Assembly: GCA_946408825.1 (NCBI GenBank) | Contig: CAMJTU010000017.1 | Coordinates: forward strand, 1,143 to 65,142 | Length of the DNA stretch: 64,000 nucleotides | DNA from: an uncultured Planctomycetaceae bacterium | GTDB lineage: Bacteria; Planctomycetota; Planctomycetia; Pirellulales; Thermoguttaceae | Direction: 5' to 3' | Shown here: positions 36,285-45,735 of the stretch, piece by piece | How positions within the stretch are numbered: position 1 is the first letter of the stretch | Layout: each line of letters opens with the position of its first letter | Position numbers and translations under genes: made by a program | Notes under the pieces: model-generated | The model's database searches: none | Told to the model about the DNA's origin: nothing | Seen by the model: the letters and a program-made list of their open reading frames with translations, nothing else

Positions 36285-37805
36285 ATGATATGCGTCACAA
36301 TTGGTTGTGGCAGCCATAAGAGGATGATCGAGGAATGGCAGAAACTCGCCGACGATCATGTGAAATTTGTTGAGTTGCGATTAGACTATCTTCGAAAGGA
36401 ACCTCAGCTTTTCCGTCTCCTGCCTCAACGACCGACTGCAGTTTTAACAACCGTTCGCCGAAAATCCGACGGCGGAAATTGGCGTGGATCTGAAGAGGAA
36501 CGCATTAAGCTCCTGCGTTCCCTAATTGCGGAGGGAGTCGAGTATATCGATCTCGAACTTGACGTCGCGTCTAAAATTCCGCGTTTTGGTAAGACGAAAC
36601 GTATCGTGAGTTATCACAATATGGAAGAGACTCCAGAGGATCTTGACGCTATTCGCGACGAGGCGCTTGAAAAATGTGATCCCGACGTGATAAAGATTGC
36701 CGTGACTCCCAAAAATATCGGCGACGTTTTTAGACTTGTCGAGTTCCTTAAGCGCGCCAACGTCGATCGAAGTAAACCCCGTACGTTAGCGTTATCGATG
36801 ACGGAAACGGGCTTTCTAACACGAGTCCTTGGTAAAAAATGGGGATGTCCTTATTCGTATGCGTCATTTTCCAAAACGCGCACGCTTGCTCCGGGGCTTC
36901 CATATTACAAAACAATGCGCGACGTGTATCGCTATGACGAGATCGACAATGAAACCTCTGTGTATGGTATTGTCGCTGATCCAATCCAACATAGTCTTAG
37001 TCCGTTGATTCATAATCGTTCCTTTGCCGAACAGGGGATCAACAGCGTCTATCTTCCTTTCAGAGTTTCTAAGGAAGACCTTTCAGAATTCATGAGTAAA
37101 GCGTCCGACTCACTGGGCATTAAGGGGTTGAGCGTAACGATTCCCCATAAGATGGAGATTATTAAGAAACTTACTCAGTTTGATCCCGCAGTCGAAACTA
37201 TCGGCGCTTGCAATACAGTTGTTGTCGACGGTTATAGCAGTTACGGGTACAACACCGACTATATTGCCGCCGTTCTCAGTATTGAAACTGCAATGGCGGG
37301 GCGTCCTGTCCGAGCTGGCGAGGCAAGTCCCCTCGAGGGGCAGAGCGCGTTAGTTCTTGGCGCGGGAGGGGCAGGTAAGGCGATTGCCTTCGGGCTTCAT
37401 GAACGAGGCGCTCGTGTGATTATCGCCGATAGAAACGCTGAGGAAGGGGAACGGGTCGCTCGTTGGCTTGGCTGTGAGTTCTGTCCTTGGGACGAACGAG
37501 AGGGATACGTCGTCCAAATCCTCGCGAATTGTACTCCTGTCGGAATGTTTCCAAACGTTGACGAATCGCCTATGGAACTAAAATCGTTGCGAGGCGGCAT
37601 GGTTGTTTTTGACGCAGTTTACAATCCTGAAACGACGTATCTCTTACGCATGGCCCGTGAGAAAGGATGTCGCGTTGTTTCCGGCGTTGAAATGTTTGTT
37701 GGTCAGGCTTGTCTGCAGTTTAAACTTTTTACGGGTAAACGCGCCTCAGCTTCGTTTATGCGTAGCGTCGTGCGCGGAGCTCTTAGTTCTGTTCACGCTG
37801 AATAG
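36285..37805 (+). CDS. aroDE: Bifunctional type I 3-dehydroquinate dehydratase / shikimate dehydrogenase
   Basis: The N-terminal half carries FVELRLDYL (AroD type I). The C-terminal half carries HSLSPLIHN and GAGGAGKAIAFGL (AroE). Confidence 0.85.
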   Translation: MICVTIGCGSHKRMIEEWQKLADDHVKFVELRLDYLRKEPQLFRLLPQRPTAVLTTVRRKSDGGNWRGSEEERIKLLRSLIAEGVEYIDLELDVASKIPRFGKTKRIVSYHNMEETPEDLDAIRDEALEKCDPDVIKIAVTPKNIGDVFRLVEFLKRANVDRSKPRTLALSMTETGFLTRVLGKKWGCPYSYASFSKTRTLAPGLPYYKTMRDVYRYDEIDNETSVYGIVADPIQHSLSPLIHNRSFAEQGINSVYLPFRVSKEDLSEFMSKASDSLGIKGLSVTIPHKMEIIKKLTQFDPAVETIGACNTVVVDGYSSYGYNTDYIAAVLSIETAMAGRPVRAGEASPLEGQSALVLGAGGAGKAIAFGLHERGARVIIADRNAEEGERVARWLGCEFCPWDEREGYVVQILANCTPVGMFPNVDESPMELKSLRGGMVVFDAVYNPETTYLLRMAREKGCRVVSGVEMFVGQACLQFKLFTGKRASASFMRSVVRGALSSVHAE

Positions 37806-37839
37806 CACGTCGTTTTGGGGTTGCTATTTCATATTTAGG

Positions 37840-37875
37840 GAGACGTCTGCTGATTGGACGTCTCTTTCTTTTTTT
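37840..37875 (+). terminator. Rho-independent terminator after aroDE
   Basis: gagacgtc (37840-37847) pairs with gacgtctc (37857-37864) around a 9-nt loop, followed by tttcttttttt. Confidence 0.7.
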
Positions 37876-37896
37876 AGGCGGACGAGGGGAACTGAT

Positions 37897-38469
37897 ATGT
37901 GCGCTGAAACGTATGGAGATACGAAATGGGCTTTTGCGCTTGTTTCTCTGGGCGCTAATCTTGGCGAACCACTAAAAAATATTGAGAAAGCTCTGTCAGC
38001 TTTTAACGCTACTCCAGGTATCCGCGTCTTGAGACATAGTTCCTTTTACACGACTTATCCCGTTGGAACGTCGTTCGACAAACCTCTTTATGTTAATGCA
38101 GTCGCCGCTCTTGAAACACGCCTTTCTCCCCTGAACCTTTTAGCGGCGTTACAAGAAATTGAGACAAATCTTGGGAGAGTTAGGACTGGTTTTTGGAGTG
38201 ATAGAACCATCGACCTCGACGTCCTCCTTTACGAGGACGTCACGATGGAAACGGAGGAAATGACTTTGCCGCATAAGCGTCTTCAATGGAGAGATTTTGT
38301 TTTGACGCCTGCTTGTGAGATTGTTCCAAATTTGAAAACGCCGATATTTGGCTGGACCTTTCGACAGTTAAAAACTCTTCTAGACTGGAACTTTAGAGAT
38401 TTTCGAATTGTTACGGGAATAATTAGCGATCTAGCGACTAAAGGAGAGGTTCAGCGAAGAATTTCATAA
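37897..38469 (+). CDS. folK: 2-amino-4-hydroxy-6-hydroxymethyldihydropteridine diphosphokinase
   Basis: ATG 37897 gives 190 aa with AFALVSLGANLG, RTIDLDVLLY and LPHKRL...RDFVLTP. The upstream part of the track ORF (from 37603) overlaps aroDE and the terminator. Confidence 0.85.
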   Translation: MCAETYGDTKWAFALVSLGANLGEPLKNIEKALSAFNATPGIRVLRHSSFYTTYPVGTSFDKPLYVNAVAALETRLSPLNLLAALQEIETNLGRVRTGFWSDRTIDLDVLLYEDVTMETEEMTLPHKRLQWRDFVLTPACEIVPNLKTPIFGWTFRQLKTLLDWNFRDFRIVTGIISDLATKGEVQRRIS

Positions 38470-39515
38470 GAGTGCAATTGTGGAGCCGAAATCTGAACGA
38501 TAAAGCGCTCGAGAACCATCCGCGGGGCGGTTCGACTTCCCCCCTTTAGATCGAGGTCGACGTTCAAGAGCGTTTGAATAAGGAATCGACCTCGTCTTGA
38601 ACCGAGCTTTTTAAGCTGTTCAATTGATTTCTCTTTGATATAGCCGCTATTTGGAACGCCAGCTTGTTCTAAGGCTGAAGCGAAAGTTGGTCGCGGAAGA
38701 TCAGGATTCTTACCGGCCTCGAAAAACACTTCACAGGCGGCTGAAAGTTTTCGGAGGGACGCAGACATTTGTGCGAGGATAGCAATCGGCGCTTCTCCTG
38801 CCGCAATGAGTTTGTCAAGCAAACGCATTGCTTCTGCAGTCTGGCCTCCGAGAGCGGCGTCGACGAGATCCCAGACCTTTCGTTGCCGCCATGTTCCAAC
38901 TTGGTCGCGGATAAGATTAACGTTGACGTCGCCTTTGTCTGCAAGCAACGATAGTCTGCGTACTTCTTGGTCTAAGACTCCGAGATCGTCGCCAACGAGG
39001 TCCACGAGGACTTCGGCGCCTTCGCGCGTTAGCGTCGCTTGACAATTACGAGCGGCCCATTCTTGAAGCCATGCGGGAATGTTTTTTTTGGGCAACGCTT
39101 TACATTCGATAACGAGTCCTTTTTCCGAGACCTTTTTATAAAAACGAAGGGTGGATGGGAACGAGGTTAGCTGAAGCGTCAATACGCCAGCTTGATTGGG
39201 AGCGTCTAGGTATGATTCTAGCTTTTCTTTGTTTTGAGAAAAAAATGGATCAGCTTGTTCTACGACGACAAGTCTTCGTCCAGAACCGAAGAGCGCCGTC
39301 ATCGCTGTTTCACGAACGACGTCTTTGAACGTCGCCTCAGCTCCTTCAAAACGTGAAAGCGAAAAATCAGCGTCTTGATCGCTAAGAAGCGTCGCTCTGA
39401 TTTGCTTAAATACAACAGAGCGAAGGAACGCTTCGTCGCCCGCGATTACACACACCGACGGTATCGTAAATTTTTGAGGCTGTTTGAGATAGTCGAGAGC
39501 TGACACGACTCCCAT
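38451..39515 (-). CDS. holA: DNA polymerase III delta subunit
   Basis: 354 aa. The N-terminus VCVIAGDEAFLR and overall helical C-terminal architecture resemble HolA. The call is by resemblance only. Confidence 0.6.
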   Translation of the reverse strand: MGVVSALDYLKQPQKFTIPSVCVIAGDEAFLRSVVFKQIRATLLSDQDADFSLSRFEGAEATFKDVVRETAMTALFGSGRRLVVVEQADPFFSQNKEKLESYLDAPNQAGVLTLQLTSFPSTLRFYKKVSEKGLVIECKALPKKNIPAWLQEWAARNCQATLTREGAEVLVDLVGDDLGVLDQEVRRLSLLADKGDVNVNLIRDQVGTWRQRKVWDLVDAALGGQTAEAMRLLDKLIAAGEAPIAILAQMSASLRKLSAACEVFFEAGKNPDLPRPTFASALEQAGVPNSGYIKEKSIEQLKKLGSRRGRFLIQTLLNVDLDLKGGSRTAPRMVLERFIVQISAPQLHSYEILR

Positions 39516-39559
39516 GACGAAATTCCTACCGACAAAAGGTTTGGAAAAGACCCAGCGTC

Positions 39560-39619
39560 AAAACTAGGCGTAAAGTCGCTCTTAGATTAAGTTAATGAAA
39601 GTTCCTGACTTTACGCCTA
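39560..39619 (-). terminator. Hairpin after the efpL-like gene
   Basis: 13-bp perfect stem: taggcgtaaagtc (39565-39577) pairs with gactttacgccta (39607-39619) around a 29-nt loop. The minus strand then reads GTTTTG. Confidence 0.5.
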
Positions 39620-39646
39620 TCGGGTTATTATGTTGTTTTGCGGGGA

Positions 39647-40216
39647 TTATTTATTAGCACGCCCGAGGAACTCTCCTGTACGCGTGTCAACCTTGATGAT
39701 CTCCCCTTGCTCGAGATATTCGGGAACCATGACAACAAGACCTGTTTCTATCGTCGCCGGTTTTTCTCGAGAGGTTGCCGAGTTGCCCCTTGCCGCTGGA
39801 TCGCATTGAGTTACCAGCATTTCGACAGTCACAGGAAGGTTGATCGCAACGCATCGATCTTCATAGATAAGGGCAAAGATTCCCTCAAGTCCTTCTTTGA
39901 TATAGTTGAGTTCTTCAGCGACGTCTTCTTTTGCGATATTGTACATTTCATACGTTTCGGCGTCCATAAAATAAACGTCAGACGCGTCGGCGTAGCTGTA
40001 GGTTACGGCTCTTCGGCGGAAATCGGCCTCATCGAGCATATCAGTTCCTTTAAGTTTAAGGTCGATTTTATCTTTTGTGATCAGATTACGACAACGGAAC
40101 TTGTAGAGCGTGGCGGCGCCGCGTGCCGAAGGGGTCTGAACTTGGAGATTTTCGACGATAATAGGCGACCCGTTGTATACGAGTACGTCGCCGCGTTTCA
40201 TGTCTTTTGCGATCAT
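39647..40216 (-). CDS. efpL: Elongation factor P-like protein, YeiP/EfpL subtype
   Basis: 189 aa. The loop QTPSARGAATLYKFR and the stretch EKPATIETGLVVMVPEYLEQGEIIKVDTRTGEF match E. coli YeiP as I remember it (SPTARGAATLYKMR, NKPATLSTGLVIQVPEYL). Confidence 0.85.
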   Translation of the reverse strand: MIAKDMKRGDVLVYNGSPIIVENLQVQTPSARGAATLYKFRCRNLITKDKIDLKLKGTDMLDEADFRRRAVTYSYADASDVYFMDAETYEMYNIAKEDVAEELNYIKEGLEGIFALIYEDRCVAINLPVTVEMLVTQCDPAARGNSATSREKPATIETGLVVMVPEYLEQGEIIKVDTRTGEFLGRANK

Positions 40217-40552
40217 GATAGCGTTCCTTTTAATTGTCTGAAAGCCTAAAAAATACGGTATGGATTATAAACAGGTTGAAGGTTATTGCGCGCCGGTGAA
40301 CAATAAACACGACGTCTGGTCGAAATTGCGTTGATATCAAAAGTTCACACGACACATTTAGCGCAAAAGAGCGCCAAGGAATTATAACTTTTCACCGTCC
40401 TTTGAAAAGACGGCGGCCTTTTGGCGGTCTTTTCGTTTTTCATACTTCTAAATTTCTTCTTGAAGGACAAGAATTGGCAGCTATTCAAAATGAAGGAGAC
40501 AACTACCAAGACTCACGAGGACGAATCGATGTAACATAGTAATAGTCCATGC

Positions 40553-42589
40553 TTAGCGAGATCGTTGTTTTGCGATAGACATTGCGGTTTTTTGCGGATC
40601 ACGGGCAATTTTTGAGAGTTTGCGATTTCGAGCGAGAAGAGTCGTCGTCCATCGACTAAATAGTTCGGATACTTCTACTTTAAAATTGTCGCTCAAAGTT
40701 GAAACGCCTCCAAAACGCGTCATTTCCAATTTCTTGAAAAATTCCTTCAGTTTGGCGATCGTTTCGTCTGATTTCGAATTATTTCCAATGTCTTCACCGA
40801 ATTCGACGTCAAGAAAGTCAAGAATTTCAGCGTCCGTATAGGAGTCTAAAGAATGTGGAAGTCTTTTGCCAACAAGTTGTAAGAACGCGAGTCTAATTAA
40901 AGAAAAGCCCTCCGATGGATTCTGATCTAGGTTGGTCAACCCCAATTCAAGCGTTTTTCTCGCAGATTCAAGGATACGGCGATTGCTTGAAATAACGCTT
41001 TGTTTATGAGCGTGCAATACTTTACGCCCTATAAAAAAGAACGTCGCGCCACCCGCCGCAACTGCAAAAGAACAACCGAGAATAATTGCGACGAATTTGA
41101 AGCGTTCTTGTTGACGTCTATAAGATTTTTCTAGATTGCGGTCACTGGATTCATCTGTTTGATCGGCGACTATTGATTCTTGTGAATCGTCGAACGTCGA
41201 CACTATTCCAGCCTTAGCGACGAATCGACTTGTCGCCGATTCCATCGTCTCAAATTTTCCAGATTCGACATTAAAAAACGAAGTCTTAATCGAAGGGAAC
41301 TCAAAAAGACCCTCTTTGAGAGGTCGGAGTTTATAATCAAACGCAACGCCAGAGTTGATTGAACGTTCTGAGGCCGGATAGACGCGAAAGACGTCTTTGA
41401 TTCCGTCAAGTTTCGAGATATCAGGCGCTTTTGCGGACGTAAAGGAACCATATCCGACATACTCGAGCGTAAGCGTGAGCGCGTCGCCCACCGACGCTTC
41501 GTTAGCTGAAAGCGAAGCTTTTTGCTCTATATTGCCGTATATGCCCGTATAGTTTTCTGGGGCGTTTTCTTCGGGTATGTCCTTGATCTTTATGGAGAGG
41601 GGAGGAGTGGAGAGGAACACAGGTAGAGACTTAGGAGAGGAAGGATCTGTAAAATCTAAAAAATTTCCCTTTAGCGTCGAAGGGGCAAACGAGAAAGATG
41701 AAGAAGTCGTCGCCCTCATTTTACGAGAAAAAGAATACTTCAAGAATACCGTTTCTCTTCCTTTAGCGTCGGGTCGCGTAACTTTCTGAGGTTTGGGGAG
41801 AAAGTAACTTTGACGGACAGGTTCGTCAAAAAAGGAGAATCCGAAATCAAAAATTCCATTAGAACGTCGGTAGTTATTGAGCGCAAAACCATAATTTTTT
41901 GCGGAAAGCTCCGTCAACCAATCGTCTAAAGAATCTGCAACGAGTTTGTCTTCGAAATTTTGAGACTCAAGCCAAGGAATTGACAAAAGAGGGGCGTCAA
42001 GGTTATGAACGACAAGGGATAAGGGGTCGTGTTCCGCGTATTCTGACGGATATTCTTTAAGGTAAACATTGACGGAGACTTCAAAGGGAACGAGGGGGTA
42101 GGTTGTTTCCTTTGCATCCGTTTCGACCTCGAGAATCACTATGTCAGTTTTTGTCTTTTCACGTACGACGAGATTTATTGAGGACGCTTGAAGTTTCTTT
42201 CCATCGACTTCAACGATCGGGGGATTGATAGTTATTACGCCCGTTTGTTTTGGCGTGATACGATAATTGAAGTCTACCGTACGGTTTTCAGTGCGAATTG
42301 AGTTTATAACTCTGACGCTGGATCGGTTTGAAGCGCCGAGCGATTCAATAGTAAAATCGTTTTCTAGGTATTCTAACGACGGCTCGGCGTCGAGTTTGGC
42401 GTTTGTTACTGAAATGGTCAGTCTTGCTGATTCGCCCTCATAGACGGCGTTAGGGGCGACATGGAGTTCAAACCTCGCTTCATCTTCTTCTGCATACAAC
42501 AACCGTTCGACGTCCAATGAGAAGAACGTTAAGGAGACGATGAAAAACGCAAAGGACGTTAAACGACTAGATTTTTTAGTTAATAGCAT
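40553..42589 (-). CDS. batD: BatD-like protein
   Basis: 678 aa. It has a signal peptide, repeated beta-sandwich-like segments (ELHVAPNAVYEGESARLTISV), a late TM segment and a helical C-terminus. It is the last gene of the MoxR-vWA operon. Confidence 0.65.
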   Translation of the reverse strand: MLLTKKSSRLTSFAFFIVSLTFFSLDVERLLYAEEDEARFELHVAPNAVYEGESARLTISVTNAKLDAEPSLEYLENDFTIESLGASNRSSVRVINSIRTENRTVDFNYRITPKQTGVITINPPIVEVDGKKLQASSINLVVREKTKTDIVILEVETDAKETTYPLVPFEVSVNVYLKEYPSEYAEHDPLSLVVHNLDAPLLSIPWLESQNFEDKLVADSLDDWLTELSAKNYGFALNNYRRSNGIFDFGFSFFDEPVRQSYFLPKPQKVTRPDAKGRETVFLKYSFSRKMRATTSSSFSFAPSTLKGNFLDFTDPSSPKSLPVFLSTPPLSIKIKDIPEENAPENYTGIYGNIEQKASLSANEASVGDALTLTLEYVGYGSFTSAKAPDISKLDGIKDVFRVYPASERSINSGVAFDYKLRPLKEGLFEFPSIKTSFFNVESGKFETMESATSRFVAKAGIVSTFDDSQESIVADQTDESSDRNLEKSYRRQQERFKFVAIILGCSFAVAAGGATFFFIGRKVLHAHKQSVISSNRRILESARKTLELGLTNLDQNPSEGFSLIRLAFLQLVGKRLPHSLDSYTDAEILDFLDVEFGEDIGNNSKSDETIAKLKEFFKKLEMTRFGGVSTLSDNFKVEVSELFSRWTTTLLARNRKLSKIARDPQKTAMSIAKQRSR

Positions 42590-42684
42590 TGTCGTCGTTC
42601 CTTTTAGAGACCCTTTTATTATTTGGGATAGCTTATGACTGCGAGGCGGTCGTCGGCGAAGGACGCCTTTTGGAGGGGAGAATT

Positions 42685-45600
42685 TTACCAGTCCTTACCA
42701 GATTTTTCTCTCCTTTTCAGAGCCTGTCGAACGGCTTCACGTTGGGGTTCAGCGTCTTTTTGACGGCGGAGAACTCGTCGCATGAGCTCGTCGGCTTGTT
42801 TTTGTTCTTCCGTTTTTGGTTCTTCGCTTGCTTTCATTTTTTTCTGTTCTGATTCTTCCGTATCAGGAGCGACGTCCTTTTGGGGGACGTCTAACGCTTT
42901 GGAGGAGTTGGAGTCGTTTTCTTCTTTTTCGGATTCTGGTTGATCTAGTTCGTCAGGGATTTCTTCATTTTCGGTTTGTTGACGGTTGTTTTTTTGATCT
43001 TTCTGACCATCGCTTTCGTCCTTTTGATCCTTATTGTCTAAATTTTGGTCGCCGTTAGATTGGTTTTGTTGATTCTGATTCTGATTCTGATTCTGTTTGT
43101 TCTCATCTTGGAAGGGTTTTGCAATATCTTTTAGGATTTCGGCAATCCTGTTTTGTTTTTGTGCCAAATCTTTTTTGTCCTGTTCTTGTAACGGATAAGA
43201 TTGAGCAAGGGAACCCGCCTTTTCAATGGTTTCTTTTAGTTCTTGCTCGTGAACGAGCGCTATCTTTGCGGACTCTAACGCGCGGTTTTCGTAGGAACGT
43301 TCGCTTGTATCCGCTGATTCTGGTAAATCGTTAGAATCGAAGATCGGTTCTCCTGAATTGGCGTCAAACGAATCGTTCCATTCAATAGATTCAGAAATAG
43401 ACGCTTTCTGTTGCGAGTCTTGTCCTTCCTCTGAGGCTTCTTTGACGATTTGTCTCGCTTTTCTCATCGTTTCATCAACAGATAGACGAAGTTTCTCTCG
43501 ACTCCAACGGTAATCGTCAACCTGATCAGGGTTAGACGTCTTGAAATTGCCCTCTTTGATATCTTGGGAAATCTTTGATTCGTTTTGAGATAGTTCGACG
43601 ACAAGAACGTCATATTGCGACGGCACGTCATGGAAGGTCGTAAGCTGTGTCTCGGCGCGTCTGAGTTCTATTCGCGCAGCATTGGCTTCATATTGATCTA
43701 TTTTTTCTGACGAGGCCAAGATATGAGCGTCAAACCTATTTAGGGCTTGAGCTATTATTTCAGCGCCTTCTGCGTCATTTGTTTGGGGAGTAATTGCATT
43801 GTGCGAAGGAGTTGTGTTCACGTCTGGGAGAGGGAATTTAGAGACGTCGGAGTTAACTAGACGTGAACGAAGTTTTGTTGCGATTGAATTGGCGTCTTCT
43901 TTAAGTTCGCCGATCTTTATACGTTTATTAGCGAGCGATCGGTAAAAACTTGCGGAAGGTCTTTTCGGGTTTGCGTCTTGGATAGAACCTATTGTTTCGT
44001 TGAGTTCTTTTTGGAGCCAGCGTAAATGGTCCGAAGAATTTTGAAACACATTTGAGCGGATTTTGATTTCATCTTCGCGCTCCTGATGGTCAAAGTTCGC
44101 GCGCCAATTTGACACAACCTCTGCATTTTCCGTCGACTCTTGTCCGAGCGTTCGATTGGTTCGAGCGTCTAAAAACTTAACCGAAGCGTCGTTTGCTAAG
44201 GTTATTATTTCTTCGCGTATACGATCACGTTCTTTACGCGCGGCGTCGTATTCCGCAACAGGATCTATTTGTTTTTTTTCTGCGATTTCTTGTGATTGAG
44301 AATTTTCCACTTCCTTTTCTTGGGACGCCTTCTTGTCTTGGGGACTATGATCGGCGTCGTTTGCTCGCGATTTAGCCGCTTCGAGCGCTTTATGCAATTC
44401 AACCACTGCAAGGTTATAGCTTGCACGGCTCGCAACTTCTGGGTTATCCGCGTGAGTTAGAGCATTTTGCAGTTCGGCGAATCTCTCGACGTTGTCGTTT
44501 GCGATCGTCAACGATTGATTATAGGCTCTGATTTCTTGATTTTTGCTCCTATGCTTTGATGTGAACCTGATCTCATTGTCGTTGTCATCCGGAGTGGTCG
44601 CGTATGTCGTAGTCGACGCCAACGACATGCAAATTGATATAAGAATCAACGTCGCAATTGTTTGGGGAATTTTCAGAGACAATCGTGTCGGGCAGAAATA
44701 GTAGAGCATGAACGTAAAAAGACCGACTGCAAGGAAGGATTGATAACGGTCTTTCAAGAAGACGCGCGACGTGTCAGAGATTTCATCGCGATCTTGAATC
44801 TGGACGCTGGCTTTGTAGACGTCGGTAAAGTTGAGTTTAGAGTCCGCATAAAAGTAACGTCCTTTTGAAATTTTGGCGATCTCTTTAAGAGTGTCGACGT
44901 CCGTCTTACTTATAGCTGTCTGACCGTCAAACGTTTTAAAACCTGTTCGTTCGCCGTTGACGTTGAAATTAGGGATTTTCGCGCCGTTCGGAGAACCGAT
45001 TCCAACAGTGACGATGGGGATTCCCATTTCAGCCGCGTTTTTTGCCGCTTCAAGGGGGAGTGAATCGTGGTCTTCGCCGTCTGTTATGAGAAAGATAAGC
45101 CGTTTACGTTCTGGTTCTTGCCCAAAACGTTTTAACGCGAGACGAATTGCGTCGCCTGTCGCCGTGCCGGCCAACCGAACTGTTTTGGTATCGACCTTTC
45201 GCAAGAGCTCACGAAAGAACTCATAATCAGTCGTCAACGGAATCTCGACCTGTGCGGAACCCGCAAACGCAACGAGACCGATTCTATCGCCAACGGCCGC
45301 GTCAAGTAAATCTTCAACGTCTAGTCGCGCGACGGTCAAGCGATTGGGGGAGACGTCTTCCGCAAGCATCGAATCGGAAACGTCGAAAAGGACGAAAACG
45401 TCGCGTCCCAAAACCTTGCGCATTTCTTCCTTCTTGCCGAAACGAGGTCCTGCAAAAACGCAAACAAAAGCGACGAGCGCCAATAAAAGGAATATATACT
45501 TTACGACCAGAATAGAGCGTGATCCAGATCCTAAAATCCGAACGCGCAAATCTTCTGCGAAGGCAGCTTCTATTTTACGACGTCGTCTTATCATTGAACG

Positions 45601-45687
45601 TGCGACAATATAGAACAGCGGAGGAAACGCAAGAAGGGTTAGAAAAACGGCGGGGTGATTCCAAATCATTACTTTAACCTCTGTCAC
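42685..45687 (-). CDS. BatB-like vWA membrane protein fused to a TPR-like/coiled-coil and low-complexity region
   Basis: 1000 aa. The N-terminal TM segments are followed by the MIDAS motif VLFDVSDSM and ITDGEDHD. Next come a TM segment, a TPR-like stretch (YNQSLTIANDN...SYNLAVVELHKALE), a long charged helical region and a QNQNQNQN/D/K-rich tail. Confidence 0.7.
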   Translation of the reverse strand: MTEVKVMIWNHPAVFLTLLAFPPLFYIVARSMIRRRRKIEAAFAEDLRVRILGSGSRSILVVKYIFLLLALVAFVCVFAGPRFGKKEEMRKVLGRDVFVLFDVSDSMLAEDVSPNRLTVARLDVEDLLDAAVGDRIGLVAFAGSAQVEIPLTTDYEFFRELLRKVDTKTVRLAGTATGDAIRLALKRFGQEPERKRLIFLITDGEDHDSLPLEAAKNAAEMGIPIVTVGIGSPNGAKIPNFNVNGERTGFKTFDGQTAISKTDVDTLKEIAKISKGRYFYADSKLNFTDVYKASVQIQDRDEISDTSRVFLKDRYQSFLAVGLFTFMLYYFCPTRLSLKIPQTIATLILISICMSLASTTTYATTPDDNDNEIRFTSKHRSKNQEIRAYNQSLTIANDNVERFAELQNALTHADNPEVASRASYNLAVVELHKALEAAKSRANDADHSPQDKKASQEKEVENSQSQEIAEKKQIDPVAEYDAARKERDRIREEIITLANDASVKFLDARTNRTLGQESTENAEVVSNWRANFDHQEREDEIKIRSNVFQNSSDHLRWLQKELNETIGSIQDANPKRPSASFYRSLANKRIKIGELKEDANSIATKLRSRLVNSDVSKFPLPDVNTTPSHNAITPQTNDAEGAEIIAQALNRFDAHILASSEKIDQYEANAARIELRRAETQLTTFHDVPSQYDVLVVELSQNESKISQDIKEGNFKTSNPDQVDDYRWSREKLRLSVDETMRKARQIVKEASEEGQDSQQKASISESIEWNDSFDANSGEPIFDSNDLPESADTSERSYENRALESAKIALVHEQELKETIEKAGSLAQSYPLQEQDKKDLAQKQNRIAEILKDIAKPFQDENKQNQNQNQNQQNQSNGDQNLDNKDQKDESDGQKDQKNNRQQTENEEIPDELDQPESEKEENDSNSSKALDVPQKDVAPDTEESEQKKMKASEEPKTEEQKQADELMRRVLRRQKDAEPQREAVRQALKRREKSGKDW
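43071..43094 (-). repeat. Hexanucleotide microsatellite (GATTCT)x4 inside the BatB-like CDS
   Basis: gattct is repeated four times in tandem and encodes (QN)n on the minus strand. Confidence 0.9.
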
Positions 45688-45735
45688 AAAACGAATTTAT
45701 TTTCTGAAATAGGAAGCGTTTGACCGAGGTTTACG

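Noticed and set aside
37603-37896. An N-terminal 98-aa extension of the folK ORF as drawn by the track.
   Set aside because: It overlaps the aroDE 3' end and spans the intrinsic terminator at 37840-37875. The HPPK homology starts at ATG 37897.
39638-40249. 203-aa plus-strand ORF.
   Set aside because: It completely overlaps the strongly supported EfpL-type gene on the opposite strand and has no motifs.
40380-40450. Imperfect GC-rich inverted repeats downstream of the BatD-like gene, considered as the operon terminator.
   Set aside because: The stems are short, 5 bp, with asymmetric bulges. I could not draw a convincing hairpin plus T-tract.
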